The notes under the pieces are model-generated. The model did not search any database. It was not told where the DNA came from and saw only the letters and a list, made by a program, of their open reading frames with translations. Shown here piece after piece: positions 1 to 8,549 of a DNA stretch of 64,000 nt (its first letter is position 1; each line of letters opens with the position of its first letter). A program made the translations under genes and the position numbers. Origin of the DNA: Oscillospiraceae bacterium (GTDB lineage Bacteria; Bacillota; Clostridia; Oscillospirales; CAG-382). The stretch covers positions 40,714 through 104,713 of the forward strand of contig SVRD01000006.1 of assembly GCA_015064955.1 (NCBI GenBank), read 5' to 3'.

Positions 1-386
1 TCGGCATCCGCGAACCCGATATTTACGGAAAATCGACGTATTCGGACCTTTGCGAAATGATATATACACACGCAAAGCAAAAGGGAATAGAAATCGAAAT
101 CTATCAGTCCAATCACGAGGGCGACTTGGTTACTGCGATCCAGAATGCCTACAACGTCTTTGACGGTATCGTGATAAATCCCGCCGCATATACGCATACA
201 AGCGTGGCGCTGTTGGACGCTATGAAGGCAGTCGGCATCAGAACTGTCGAGGTTCATATTTCCGACGTTTCCAAGCGTGAGGATTTCCGCCGGATAAGCT
301 ATGTCCGTGCCGCTTGCGAAAAAACGATTTCCGGTCACGGCTTTACGGGTTATCTCGAGGCTATCGACTATCTTCTCGGAGATTAG
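1..386 (+). CDS. aroQ: 3-dehydroquinate dehydratase type II, 5-prime truncated by window edge
   Basis: The reading frame is open from the window start (frame of 57..386). It reads GIREPDIYG...YQSNHEGDLV...INPAAYTHTSVAL, typical of type II dehydroquinase. It sits in an aro operon. Confidence 0.85.
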   Translation, partial: GIREPDIYGKSTYSDLCEMIYTHAKQKGIEIEIYQSNHEGDLVTAIQNAYNVFDGIVINPAAYTHTSVALLDAMKAVGIRTVEVHISDVSKREDFRRISYVRAACEKTISGHGFTGYLEAIDYLLGD

Positions 387-389
387 AAT

Positions 390-1595
390 ATGAATGTCAG
401 AATTTTGCCGTCGATGGCGCAGGGAATCGTAAATGCGCCGCCGTCGAAAAGTATGGCGCACCGCGCATTGATTTGCGGTGCACTAAGCGAAAAAAGTCTA
501 ATAAATAATCTTGCATATTCGGCTGATATCGAGGCAACGCTCAGCTGTCTTTCCTCGCTCGGCGCCGATATCGAAAGAAACGGCTCGTCGGTGAAGATCG
601 GCGGTCTCGATCTGATGAACGTAAAGGACGGAACGGTTCTTTATTGCAACGAAAGCGGAAGCACACTTCGGTTTATGATACCGCTTTGCTTGCTGACGGG
701 TAAAAAAATAACTCTCACTGGAGCGAAAAGACTTTTCGAGCGTCCTCTATCGGTGTATGAATCGATTTGCAGAGAGCAGGGTATTCTGTTTGAGCAAAAC
801 GATAATTCACTCACTCTCTGCGGTACTATCCAAAGCGGAAGCTACCGTGTAAGAGGTGACGTTTCGAGTCAGTTTATAACCGGTCTGCTGTATGCATTGC
901 CTTTGCTGGACGGAATCAGCATTCTCGAGGTTACCGAGCCCTTTGAAAGCTCGTCATACGTCGACCTTACGTTAAGCGCTTTGAACTCATTCGGTATCAG
1001 AATAACAAGAAACGGCAACCGATTTGTCATAATGGGCGGACAAAAATACCGCAAGTGCGAATACACCGTCGAGGGCGATTGTTCAAACGCCGCTTTTCTC
1101 GATGCGCTCTCCTTTCTCGGAGGCGATGTAAAAGTAAACGGTATTTCCGAAAAAACACTTCAGGGCGATAGGGTATATAAGGATTACTTTGAAAAAATCG
1201 CCCGTAACGAAAACGACATCGACCTTTCCGATTGTCCTGACCTCGCGCCGATACTGTTTGCCGTAGCCGCCGCAAAGGGCGGAGCGGGCTTTGTCGGTAC
1301 GGCAAGGCTTAGAATCAAAGAATCCGACCGCGCAAATGCGATGAAAGAGGAATTGGCGAAATTCGGTGTATGCGTCGATGTATGCGAAAACAGCGTTACA
1401 GTGCGTAAATCCGCTCTTTTACCGCCGAATGTGCCGCTGAACAGCCACAACGACCACCGTATCGTTATGTCGCTTGCGGTGCTGTGCAGTCTCACGGGCG
1501 GGGTTATAGAAAACGCCGAGGCTGTTGCAAAGAGCTTTCCCGATTTCTTCAGCGTTTTGGAGTCCTTAAAGGTAGGAATAGAATATGAAGCTTGA
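390..1595 (+). CDS. aroA: 3-phosphoshikimate 1-carboxyvinyltransferase (EPSP synthase)
   Basis: 401 aa. N-terminal PPSKSMAHRALI and LFCNESGSTLRF-like motifs fit class II EPSP synthase. Tightly packed after aroQ. Confidence 0.9.
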   Translation: MNVRILPSMAQGIVNAPPSKSMAHRALICGALSEKSLINNLAYSADIEATLSCLSSLGADIERNGSSVKIGGLDLMNVKDGTVLYCNESGSTLRFMIPLCLLTGKKITLTGAKRLFERPLSVYESICREQGILFEQNDNSLTLCGTIQSGSYRVRGDVSSQFITGLLYALPLLDGISILEVTEPFESSSYVDLTLSALNSFGIRITRNGNRFVIMGGQKYRKCEYTVEGDCSNAAFLDALSFLGGDVKVNGISEKTLQGDRVYKDYFEKIARNENDIDLSDCPDLAPILFAVAAAKGGAGFVGTARLRIKESDRANAMKEELAKFGVCVDVCENSVTVRKSALLPPNVPLNSHNDHRIVMSLAVLCSLTGGVIENAEAVAKSFPDFFSVLESLKVGIEYEA

Positions 1596-2448
1596 TGAAT
1601 CAAAAAAAATACTTATCGTCGGCTTGGGTCTTCTCGGCGGAAGCTATGCCCAAAGCCTCACAAGGCAGGGATACTATGTAACCGCAATAACCCGCAAGCA
1701 ATCGACGATAGATTATGCACTCGAGCATAATATGATAACCAAGGGCTCCGCATTTGTAGACCCCGAGCTGATAAAAGAGGCGGATATAATCATTTTCGCA
1801 CTTTATCCCCATATTTTTGTCGATTGGATAAAGCAATACGGCAGTCTTATTCAGCCCAAAACCGTGATAACAGACGTTACGGGTGTAAAGCAGTGCATCG
1901 TGTATGAAATACAGTCGATGCTTCCGCAGGGTGTCGAATTTATTTCGGCTCACCCGATGGCAGGCAAGGAAACCGCGGGTATCGAATATGCCGACGAATC
2001 GATTTTCAAGAACGCAAACTATATCGTCGTGCCGACAGAAAATAATTCGCTCGATACTGTCGAGCTTTGCGGTGATCTCGGCGAAACGCTCGGCTTCCGT
2101 GAAATATCGGTTCTTTCGCCCGAAAAGCACGACCGAATGATCGCGTTTCTTTCCCAGCTTACTCACTGCATCGCCGTTTCGTTGATGTGCGCCTGCGACG
2201 AGCCCGATCTCGAGCGCTACACCGGCGACTCCTTCCGCGATCTTACACGTATCGCAAATATCAACGACGAAATGTGGTCGGAACTGTTTTTGTCCAACCG
2301 CGAAACATTGCTTGACGAAATGGATAAATACCGCGAGTCCTTCGACAAGCTGTACAACACCATTAAAAACGGAGACCGCGATGAAATGCGCGAAATGATG
2401 CGCCTCTCCACCGCACGCCGCCGCAAATTCAATAAAGAAAAAAAGTAA
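1585..2448 (+). CDS. tyrA: prephenate dehydrogenase
   Basis: 287 aa. N-terminal Rossmann motif IVGLGLLGGS and an AHPMAG motif. The start overlaps the aroA stop by 11 nt. Confidence 0.8.
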   Translation: MKLDESKKILIVGLGLLGGSYAQSLTRQGYYVTAITRKQSTIDYALEHNMITKGSAFVDPELIKEADIIIFALYPHIFVDWIKQYGSLIQPKTVITDVTGVKQCIVYEIQSMLPQGVEFISAHPMAGKETAGIEYADESIFKNANYIVVPTENNSLDTVELCGDLGETLGFREISVLSPEKHDRMIAFLSQLTHCIAVSLMCACDEPDLERYTGDSFRDLTRIANINDEMWSELFLSNRETLLDEMDKYRESFDKLYNTIKNGDRDEMREMMRLSTARRRKFNKEKK

Positions 2449-2461
2449 GAGGCAAATCATT

Positions 2462-3490
2462 ATGAATATGCAATTTTTCCGCAAATTACCTATTCCCCAG
2501 CAGGTAAAGCAGGATTACCCCGTGACTCCCGAAATGGAGTCTGATAAAAACTCCCGCGATGCCGAGATCCGGTCGATATTCAAGGGTGAATCCGATAAAT
2601 TTATCCTTGTTATTGGTCCTTGCTCCGCAGACCACCGCGAGCCCGTTCTCGAATATATCTCGCGCCTCAGAACACTTCAGGATAAGGTTGACGATAAGAT
2701 TTTTATTATTCCCCGTATCTATACTAATAAACCCCGTACAACAGGCGAGGGATATAAGGGAATGCTCCATCAGCCCGACCCCGACGAAAAGCCCGATATG
2801 TACAAGGGCATCGTCGCGATACGTGAGCTCCATATGAGCGCACTGAAGGACTACGGCTTTACCTGCGCCGACGAAATGCTCTATCCCGAAAACCACCGCT
2901 ATCTTTCCGACCTTTTGGCATACGTTGCGGTAGGTGCACGCTCGGCAGAGGACCAACAGCACCGCCTCACCGCAAGCGGATTGGATTGCCCGGTCGGTAT
3001 GAAAAACCCCACCGGCGGCGACCTTACGGTTATGATGAACTCGATCCGTGCCGCTCACTCAAGCCATACCTTTATCTATCGCGGCTGGGAGGTAAAGAGC
3101 GCGGGCAATCCCTATGCCCACGCGATCCTTCGCGGTTACGTCGATTTCGCGGGTAAGAGTGTTTCCAACTACCACTACGAAGATCTTGTAAAGCTCAACG
3201 AGCTCTATCTCGCATCCGGCTTGGCAAATCCGTCCGTGATCGTAGATACAAACCACAATAACTCGGGCAAGCGCTATCTCGAGCAGATCCGTATCGCAAA
3301 CGAGATAGTGGAAAGCCGAAATTATAACTCTGATGTCAAAAAGCTTGTAAAGGGCTTGATGATCGAAAGCTATATCGAGGACGGCGCACAAAAGATCGGC
3401 GAGCATACCTTCGGGAAATCGATAACCGACCCCTGCTTGGGCTGGGAAAAGACCGAAAAGCTCGTTCTCGAATTGGCAGAAAAACTTTAA
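2462..3490 (+). CDS. aroF: 3-deoxy-7-phosphoheptulonate (DAHP) synthase, class I
   Basis: 342 aa. Contains VIGPCSADHRE and IPRIYTNKPRT motifs. Last gene of the aro block. Confidence 0.85.
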   Translation: MNMQFFRKLPIPQQVKQDYPVTPEMESDKNSRDAEIRSIFKGESDKFILVIGPCSADHREPVLEYISRLRTLQDKVDDKIFIIPRIYTNKPRTTGEGYKGMLHQPDPDEKPDMYKGIVAIRELHMSALKDYGFTCADEMLYPENHRYLSDLLAYVAVGARSAEDQQHRLTASGLDCPVGMKNPTGGDLTVMMNSIRAAHSSHTFIYRGWEVKSAGNPYAHAILRGYVDFAGKSVSNYHYEDLVKLNELYLASGLANPSVIVDTNHNNSGKRYLEQIRIANEIVESRNYNSDVKKLVKGLMIESYIEDGAQKIGEHTFGKSITDPCLGWEKTEKLVLELAEKL

Positions 3491-3494
3491 AAAC

Positions 3495-3530
3495 AAAAGA
3501 GAGAAGTGTAAAAGCTTCTCTCTTTTGCTT
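3495..3530 (+). terminator. rho-independent terminator of the aro operon
   Basis: Perfect 12-bp stem aaaagagagaag/cttctctctttt with an 8-nt loop and a T-rich tail. Confidence 0.8.
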
Positions 3531-3569
3531 CGATCGATGTTTCTTCGTTTCGGAAATATTCGTTATTAC

Positions 3570-4517
3570 TTAAAAATAATGATAAAGCAGAGATTTTCGT
3601 AAATTTTCTGTTCCGTCTGCGTATACTACCGTATACCAAACAGTAACTTGGATTATATGATCTTTTTCATCGTAATGGAAATAGCATGGCCCGTGAATAC
3701 TAAAGTCGATTACTTCCTTTACATATTCAAAATTTTTGTCGGCGTAATAATCCAAAACCACCGTTTTGGCACTTTCAAGATATTCATCGAGCGTATAATC
3801 AGGCAAATCCGGTATTTCATTGTCTTGAAAATCTTTGAATCGACAAACCGAACCGGTCGAATATTCAATCCAAACTTCACAGCTATTTATACATATTCCG
3901 TTCTCGTCATATTGCCTGAAACAGAATTGATGCCAACCTCCGCGAGTGTGAGTAAACTCTGGGTCAAGCTTAACTGTGCTCCAGTCAATATTTTTGCAAG
4001 TGTTTTCGCGAACCCAAGGTTCAGCGATCTTAAGAAGCTCTTCTTCTGTATAAGGTTCATCTCTTTTAGCGGTTCCCGGATCAGTGATAAACATGAAGTG
4101 CGGCGTTTCTGTGCCTCGTTCAAATCCGATTCTACCAAAGTCCTTAACACGATAATAATCCAGTATAAGATAGGTATGCGCATAGTGCATTGAATCTTCA
4201 TATACTGCATTTTCGAAGTTATAACCGAAATATGTTCCGCTTATAGTTTTGCCTTCCAGTTCTTCGTAATACAGAACTTCATTAAAATACCCCGGGTCGA
4301 TAACTGCGATTTCATTTATATCGTCATAATATCCGTAAGGAGGCGGGTATAGGATTTTTGCTACCACAAACTCGGGAAGATCGTTGCTTGGATAGGAAGA
4401 ATCTATGTTTGATAACTCGTCACTAACATTGGAAGATTGTATATCCGTAGTTGTATCAACCTGACACGATGACAAGATGATAATAGAAACAATCAACAAA
4501 CATATGATTTTTTTCAT
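3570..4517 (-). CDS. hypothetical lipoprotein
   Basis: 315 aa. Signal peptide MKKIICLLIVSIIILSSC has a lipobox (LSSC). The gene is AT-rich and I recognise no family. Confidence 0.6.
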   Translation of the reverse strand: MKKIICLLIVSIIILSSCQVDTTTDIQSSNVSDELSNIDSSYPSNDLPEFVVAKILYPPPYGYYDDINEIAVIDPGYFNEVLYYEELEGKTISGTYFGYNFENAVYEDSMHYAHTYLILDYYRVKDFGRIGFERGTETPHFMFITDPGTAKRDEPYTEEELLKIAEPWVRENTCKNIDWSTVKLDPEFTHTRGGWHQFCFRQYDENGICINSCEVWIEYSTGSVCRFKDFQDNEIPDLPDYTLDEYLESAKTVVLDYYADKNFEYVKEVIDFSIHGPCYFHYDEKDHIIQVTVWYTVVYADGTENLRKSLLYHYF

Positions 4518-4544
4518 TTGAGTATATCCTCCTTTTCTCTTGGG

Positions 4545-4898
4545 TTATTGAATATGTTCGTTTTCATCTTCGTATATAAGCACAGCAACATCGGCAGCGT
4601 CGGAAGCCCATGAGTTTTGCGGAATATTAAGTTCGTAAGCCCTATCGAATTTGTCATCAGGTTCTTTTTCGCGCAAACGCAAAATATGCCCTTTTTCCTG
4701 AGCATCTGAAAAATTGATTACTTCGGGAATGTCTTCACGTGATAATACAAGCTGTTCCGGCGTAGGAAGCATTTGATCAGAACTGTCAAAAACAGCACTT
4801 TCGATATCGCCAACAGCATAAACTGAATTTGTGAAAATTGAAACTAAAAAACAAAACGATAAAGTGATTGACAACACTTCTTTTTTTGCATTACACAT
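4545..4898 (-). CDS. hypothetical small secreted protein
   Basis: 117 aa. N-terminal signal peptide ends in ...SVYA/VG. GGGGAGG RBS upstream. Likely co-transcribed with the downstream lipoprotein gene. Confidence 0.5.
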   Translation of the reverse strand: MCNAKKEVLSITLSFCFLVSIFTNSVYAVGDIESAVFDSSDQMLPTPEQLVLSREDIPEVINFSDAQEKGHILRLREKEPDDKFDRAYELNIPQNSWASDAADVAVLIYEDENEHIQ

Positions 4899-5084
4899 AA
4901 ATTATAAAGCCTCCCCGTTCTATTTGTCAATTCTTAAAAATAAAGATCGCGTATTCATCGGTCACGCCTCGCTATCTTTTTGGGGGTTCATTATATATAT
5001 GTCTGAAACATGGAAAATGTCTATAAAAAAATCAAAAAAATTCAAAAAAATTTTTTCAGAGAAAATATACACCCATAAAACCGA

Positions 5085-5112
5085 TTGCATTTTATCAAAA
5101 ATCGTGTATAAT
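5085..5112 (+). promoter_or_regulatory. sigma-70-type promoter for the GH35 gene
   Basis: TTGCAT (5085-5090), 16-nt spacer, TATAAT (5107-5112). It lies 22 nt upstream of the start at 5134. Confidence 0.6.
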
Positions 5113-5133
5113 TACGGACAAGAGGTGAAGCTT

Positions 5134-6867
5134 ATGACATTTGAAATAAACGGCAATCAATTCATACGTGACGGCAAACCGATAAAAATAATGTCGGGCG
5201 CGGTGCATTATTTCCGCAACCTGCCAGATACCTGGCGCGATATCTTTAAAAAACTGCGCGCATTGGGCTGTAACTGCGTCGAAACCTACTGTGCTTGGAA
5301 TATGCACGAAAAGCAAAAGGGAGTATTCGATTTTTCGGGAATGCTCGATATAAAACGCTTCCTGACCGTTGCGCAGGAGGAAGGTCTTATGGCGATAGTC
5401 CGCCCCGGTCCCTATATCTGCTCGGAATGGGAGTTCGGCGGTCTGCCGTGGTGGATCCAGACCGAGCCCGATATCGAAATCCGTTGCTCAAACGAAACCT
5501 ATATCAAATATTTCGACCGTTACCTCGACCGCCTTTTCGACGAGATCCGTTCGCTTCTTTCGATAAACGGCGGAAATATAATAATGCTTCAATGCGAAAA
5601 CGAATACGGCTATTACGGCGACGATAAAGAATACCTCGCTTATTTAAAAGAAGGATACATAAAGCGCGGTATGAACGTGCCGCTTTTCACGTCGGACGGA
5701 ACCAACAGAGCGGAAATGCTCGATGGCTGTATAGAGGGCGGTTTGGTAACGCTGAACTTCGGTTCGGACGTCGAAAACCGTTTCCGCGACCACGATGAAA
5801 TGTATCCGGATATGCCGAAAATGTGTATGGAAATGTGGTGCGGCTGGTTCGATGCTTGGGGCGATGAATATCACCATACCACCTCGGCGTCAGACTACGC
5901 AAAGACTGTCGGCGATATGCTTGCCCGCGGAAGCTTGAATATGTATATGTTCATCGGCGGAACGAATTTCGGCTTTATGAACGGCGCAAATCATCACGAA
6001 AAATTCCTGCCCGACGTTACAAGCTACGATTACGATGCTGTTCTTACCGAATGCGGAGATATCACCGAAAAGTATCTTGCACTGCGCGAGGTATTCGCGA
6101 AATACAACGATGAACCTCTCCCCGAAATACTCCAAAACCGCGTTAAAAAGGCATACGGCAAAATAAAGCTTTGCGAGAGTGCGGGCATTTTTGCAAATCT
6201 CGAAAAGCTTGCGCGCCCCGTAAAATCAAACGTTCCGCGCTGTATGGAGCACTACGGGATCGGATACGGCTATATCGCATACCGCACAAGACTGAACAGA
6301 GATTACGAAAACGCGCTTCTTTCCTTTGAATCAATGGGCGACCGCGCGCAGATCTATATAAACGAAAGCTTTATCGGCACCGTTTATATAAACGAGAACC
6401 TTTCTATAAGCTTCAGTGCCAAAGAGGGCGACGTGCTCACCGTGCTTTGCGAGAATATGGGCAGAGCCAATTTCGGAGCAAAGATGATGCGCAAAAAGGG
6501 AATAGACGGCAGATGCCTGCTCAATAACAAGATCCACTTTAATTGGACAGTATATCCGTTGCCGATGGACAACCTTGAAAATTTAGAGTTCCAAAGCGCT
6601 CAAACAAAAGAAAACACCGCCTTCTACCGCGGATATTTAGAGGTCGATGAGCCTTGCGACAGCTTTATCAAGCTCGATAACTTCAAAAAAGGCTTCGTAA
6701 CCGTCAACGGCTTCAATATCGGCAGATATTGGGAGATAGGACCTCAGCAAACTCTCTATCTTCCCGCATCGCTGTTAAAGCACGGGAAGAACGAAATCAT
6801 CGTTTTCGCGTCCGACGGATTGAAGGGCGAGCCCGAAATTGAATTTACCGACACTCCTATAATATAA
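5134..6867 (+). CDS. beta-galactosidase, glycoside hydrolase family 35
   Basis: The tracked ORF starts at 4831. The homologous region begins at the ATG at 5134 (MTFEINGNQF), preceded by an AGAGGTGAA RBS and a promoter. Contains GAVHYFR, RPGPYICSEWEFGGLP and QCENEYG motifs. Confidence 0.9.
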   Translation: MTFEINGNQFIRDGKPIKIMSGAVHYFRNLPDTWRDIFKKLRALGCNCVETYCAWNMHEKQKGVFDFSGMLDIKRFLTVAQEEGLMAIVRPGPYICSEWEFGGLPWWIQTEPDIEIRCSNETYIKYFDRYLDRLFDEIRSLLSINGGNIIMLQCENEYGYYGDDKEYLAYLKEGYIKRGMNVPLFTSDGTNRAEMLDGCIEGGLVTLNFGSDVENRFRDHDEMYPDMPKMCMEMWCGWFDAWGDEYHHTTSASDYAKTVGDMLARGSLNMYMFIGGTNFGFMNGANHHEKFLPDVTSYDYDAVLTECGDITEKYLALREVFAKYNDEPLPEILQNRVKKAYGKIKLCESAGIFANLEKLARPVKSNVPRCMEHYGIGYGYIAYRTRLNRDYENALLSFESMGDRAQIYINESFIGTVYINENLSISFSAKEGDVLTVLCENMGRANFGAKMMRKKGIDGRCLLNNKIHFNWTVYPLPMDNLENLEFQSAQTKENTAFYRGYLEVDEPCDSFIKLDNFKKGFVTVNGFNIGRYWEIGPQQTLYLPASLLKHGKNEIIVFASDGLKGEPEIEFTDTPII

Positions 6868-6891
6868 TATTCGATCATAGAGGTAAAAATC

Positions 6892-8340
6892 ATGAAATGC
6901 AGCTTTGCTAAAATGTCAACAAAGGGTACCTTTGAGGCGGTCTGGCCATACGGTACCGATATTTACGGCAGATTTTTATATCTCGAGCAGGGAAGCGAAA
7001 GAGTGCTTATTGCGGCATTCGATTTCAATGCGACCTTTCCGCGTGAGGCTGACCGCTGGAGAAGAGAGGTTGCCGCACGCACGGGTATTCCCGAAAAATC
7101 GATCTGGTATCACGAAATACAGATCCACGCCGCACCCTGCCACGAGCAGATCGCGGGCGAGGCGATGGACAGACTTATCGATAAATCGGTCGAAACGGTT
7201 CTCGATATGATATCTCGCGCCGAGGAATGCGAGGTTTTCGCCGCCGAATGCGATATGGGTACAGAGTATTCCTTCAACCGCGAGCAGTATATCGAGGGCT
7301 TGGGCGGCGTTACCGTATGGCGCGGTATGAAGTTTGATGAAACCGGCAGACCCTACACTCAGGATCCCGATATTATGCTTCTCCGCGGTTATAAGCCGAA
7401 TCTGCCGATATTCGACAAGCCGATTTATTTCGATAACAATGTCGACCAGATGGCATATATGTTTATGTTCAAGAATATGAAGGGCGAAACCATCGGCACC
7501 GTTTCGCGCTTTGCCGCCCACCCCGACGTCGGCGTATTGTTCGAGCATAGCGAAAACCCCGAAAGATCAAAAGAGTATCATTACGATTACGACTGGACGG
7601 GTTATCTTGCCGACGATATGGCGGAAATCTACGGCGGAATCGGTATGTATATCAACGGTCCCTGCGCCGACCTTGCCACCAAAAAGGATTGTTCGCCCGG
7701 TCACGGAACCTATGAAGCATCTGCTAATGAATGCAAACGACTTGCTAAAAGCATCGGTTCTCGCATCCGCGAGGTTTTCGATAAGAAAGCGACAAAGCTT
7801 AATCCTGACGAGGTGTTCAAGACCGAAACCTTTGAAATCGTTATGCCGATGAAGGAGGATATCCCCGATAATTACGCGGATATGCCGAAATGCTGGGACC
7901 GCTTCAACGAGCTCCAAAAGGAATTCGAAGCCGCTGTTGCCGAAAACAGAAATCCGTATGAGGTCAAGCGCATTATCGACGATCTCTGGCGTGCAGGCCA
8001 TATAAATCATATGTGCAGAGGTGCTAAATACGGCTTTACCGACGAGGAATTAAAGACTCATAAGGTCACCGTGTACGTTTCGGCGCTTCGCTTCTGCGGA
8101 TACCTTTTCGTCGGTGTTCCCGGCGAGAGCCTTGTTGATATGACGTTGTGGCTTCGCTCGCGATTTACGGGTACGAAAACGATTCCCGTCGATCAATGCG
8201 GCGGTTATTATAATTACGTTGCAACACCGCGCTCTATGGTGCTCGGCGGCTATACCTATTGGTCGAGCTGGATAGCTCAGGACGCGATTCCGAAATTCAA
8301 GCGTGATCTTGCGCCCAAGCTCGATGAATTTATGAAATAA
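6892..8340 (+). CDS. hypothetical protein, possibly a ceramidase-like hydrolase fold (weak)
   Basis: 482 aa with no signal peptide. It starts 24 nt after the GH35 stop, with an AGAGGT RBS. The HAAP and FAAHPDV segments loosely recall the neutral ceramidase N-terminal domain. This was not verified. Confidence 0.45.
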   Translation: MKCSFAKMSTKGTFEAVWPYGTDIYGRFLYLEQGSERVLIAAFDFNATFPREADRWRREVAARTGIPEKSIWYHEIQIHAAPCHEQIAGEAMDRLIDKSVETVLDMISRAEECEVFAAECDMGTEYSFNREQYIEGLGGVTVWRGMKFDETGRPYTQDPDIMLLRGYKPNLPIFDKPIYFDNNVDQMAYMFMFKNMKGETIGTVSRFAAHPDVGVLFEHSENPERSKEYHYDYDWTGYLADDMAEIYGGIGMYINGPCADLATKKDCSPGHGTYEASANECKRLAKSIGSRIREVFDKKATKLNPDEVFKTETFEIVMPMKEDIPDNYADMPKCWDRFNELQKEFEAAVAENRNPYEVKRIIDDLWRAGHINHMCRGAKYGFTDEELKTHKVTVYVSALRFCGYLFVGVPGESLVDMTLWLRSRFTGTKTIPVDQCGGYYNYVATPRSMVLGGYTYWSSWIAQDAIPKFKRDLAPKLDEFMK

Positions 8341-8348
8341 TTGAAAAT

Positions 8349-8386
8349 AAAAACCGTCTCGGATATAAAAAACGAGGCGGTTTTTG
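8349..8386 (+). terminator. rho-independent terminator
   Basis: Stem aaaccgtctcg/cgaggcggttt (one G-U pair) followed by a T-run. Confidence 0.7.
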
Positions 8387-8464
8387 CTTTTGGAGGCACT
8401 ATTACCAAAAGCAGTGTGCGAAATTTGGCAATTCCTACGAAAAGCTTTTAAAGCTTGTTTTCGG

Positions 8465-8493
8465 TTGACAAATTGTTCAAAAAAATATATAAT
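8465..8493 (+). promoter_or_regulatory. consensus sigma-70 promoter of the dockerin protein gene
   Basis: TTGACA (8465-8470), 17-nt spacer, TATAAT (8488-8493). Confidence 0.7.
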
Positions 8494-8514
8494 TAACATA
8501 TTGTCATTAAAAAA

Positions 8515-8533
8515 TATGTGAAACTTTCACATA
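8515..8533 (+). promoter_or_regulatory. 19-bp palindrome TATGTGAAA-C-TTTCACATA (candidate operator)
   Basis: Perfect 9-bp arms around one central base. It lies between the -10 box and the GGAGG RBS at 8540-8544. The core reads TGTGA-N5-TCACA. Confidence 0.45.
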
Positions 8534-8549
8534 ATTCATGGAGGTCACA

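Noticed and set aside
1600-2484. A 294-aa ORF antisense to tyrA. Similar long antisense ORFs occur at 8670..9890, 15517..16056, 27638..28501, 30767..31531, 36348..37820, 39393..40142, 50583..51146 and 53850..54812.
   Set aside because: Each lies entirely opposite a gene with strong family motifs. They have no RBS, and their composition is low-complexity or Arg/Cys-rich, as is typical of shadow ORFs.
5020-5065. An A/T homopolymer-rich stretch (aaaaaaatcaaaaaaattcaaaaaaatttttt).
   Set aside because: It is low-complexity intergenic DNA between divergent transcription units. It may cause curvature but has no defined repeat structure.
4831-5133. A 101-codon N-terminal extension of the GH35 ORF.
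   Set aside because: The extension is AT-rich and overlaps the divergent gene and the promoter. GH35 homology, the RBS and the promoter all point to the ATG at 5134.
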